In this document: positions 63,123 through 64,000 of the stretch, in pieces
Layout of the letters: each line of letters opens with the position of its first letter
How positions within the stretch are numbered: the stretch's first letter is position 1
NCBI GenBank assembly: GCA_951406725.2
Contig: OX597820.1
Location: forward strand, 23,126,001 to 23,190,000
Reading direction: 5' to 3'
Origin: Octopus vulgaris
Lineage: Eukaryota
Length of the DNA stretch: 64,000 bases
Made by a program: the position numbers and the translations under genes
Notes under the pieces: generated by a model
Databases searched by the model: none
Told to the model about the DNA's origin: nothing
Seen by the model: the letters and a program-made list of their open reading frames with translations, nothing else

Positions 63123-63361
63123 GTAGGTTTCAGTTTTCATTCTTATAATGGAGATAATGTTCTTTTATCTCTTTAATAAATAATTTTTTTATCTACATCT
63201 CTATGTACTGACTACCGTCTTGTTATGTTGTGTAAACAAAGTTCTGAATTAGGTGCAAACATTACTGTGTGGTAAGAAGTTTGCTTCCCAACTACATGGT
63301 TCTGGATTCACTTGCCCAAGGTGCCATGCAGTAATATATGGCACCTTAGGCAAGTGTTTTC

Positions 63362-63771
63362 GGATCTTTTCGGTTTGAACGGCAGTTTTTTCTAGCAGTG
63401 TCATATGAAATTGTCACCCATAATTACGACCCTAGTATCAATCTATTGCATTTCAATCTATTTTAGGGTTAGGGGTAGGTGGAAGGGTATCTTTTTTTCT
63501 TCACAAATGTAAATAAACCCAATCTGTTTCTTAAACGAGGGACATATTCATACGGCACAGAATGTTGTTTACCTCAATGGACGTAGGTGATTGGTTGAAA
63601 TTGCAGAAATTGAAGGAAAAAACATCAAATATCTTTCAACATATAGAATTTTCTCAATAAAGCCAAGAGAAAAAGATGTTTTATAAACACATTCTACCAG
63701 TATACGAAGTTTAAAATTTTTTAGTTACCTACAAATTATGTTAAAAACTGCCGTTCAAACCAAAAAGATCC
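63362..63771. mobile_element. Second copy of the GG-terminal MITE (inverted relative to 6014-6416), nested in a family A SINE
   Basis: Same TIR; flanks GTGTTTTC / GTGTTTTT. Confidence 0.88.
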
Positions 63772-64000
63772 GTGTTTTTCTACTATAACCTTGGACTGAC
63801 CAAAGCTATGTGAGTGGATTTGATTGGCAGAAACTGAAAGAAGCCCGTCATATATGTGTATGTGTGTGTATGCCTCTTTGAATCTCTGTTTGTCCTTCAC
63901 AACCAGTGTTGGTGTGTTTATGTCCCCATAACTTAGTGCTTTGGCGAAAGAGACCAATAGAGTAAGTGCAAGGCTTTAAAAAAATGTACTTGGGTGGATT

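Noticed and set aside
63462-63476. Telomeric TTAGGG repeats
   Set aside because: Only two units, internal to a MITE.

Overview
AT-rich, repeat-dense, intron-rich animal DNA. The tRNA-derived SINE families with internal (TA)/(TG) microsatellites and (GAT)n-tailed RTE LINE ends point to an octopus/coleoid cephalopod (inference). Two genes lie head-to-head. On the minus strand is a complete FGFR1OP2/SIKE-family gene (3 coding exons, 211 aa; 17369-17235, 13522-13271, 8346-8098). On the plus strand is the 5' part of C2CD5 (7 coding exons, 52904-63122, continuing past the window). Their probable non-coding first exons lie about 200 bp apart (donors at 46712 minus and 46926 plus) in a CpG-retaining island at about 43-49 kb. 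The rest is mostly mobile DNA: an RTE-like LINE with a PHD finger inside its RT, three SINE families, CR1- and HERO-like LINE remnants, and mariner, Tc1, hAT, piggyBac and Merlin/MULE-like non-autonomous elements, often with readable TSDs. The most notable observations are a tandemly repeated motif in the LINE 3' UTR that can fold as a compact H-type pseudoknot, the PHD-in-RT architecture, a templated fold-back inversion at a SINE insertion, and a 40-bp homogenised tract between adjacent inverted SINEs. I found no convincing new multi-gene system. Most ORF-track entries are spurious microsatellite or repeat translations. Repeat boundaries are approximate unless TSDs are quoted.
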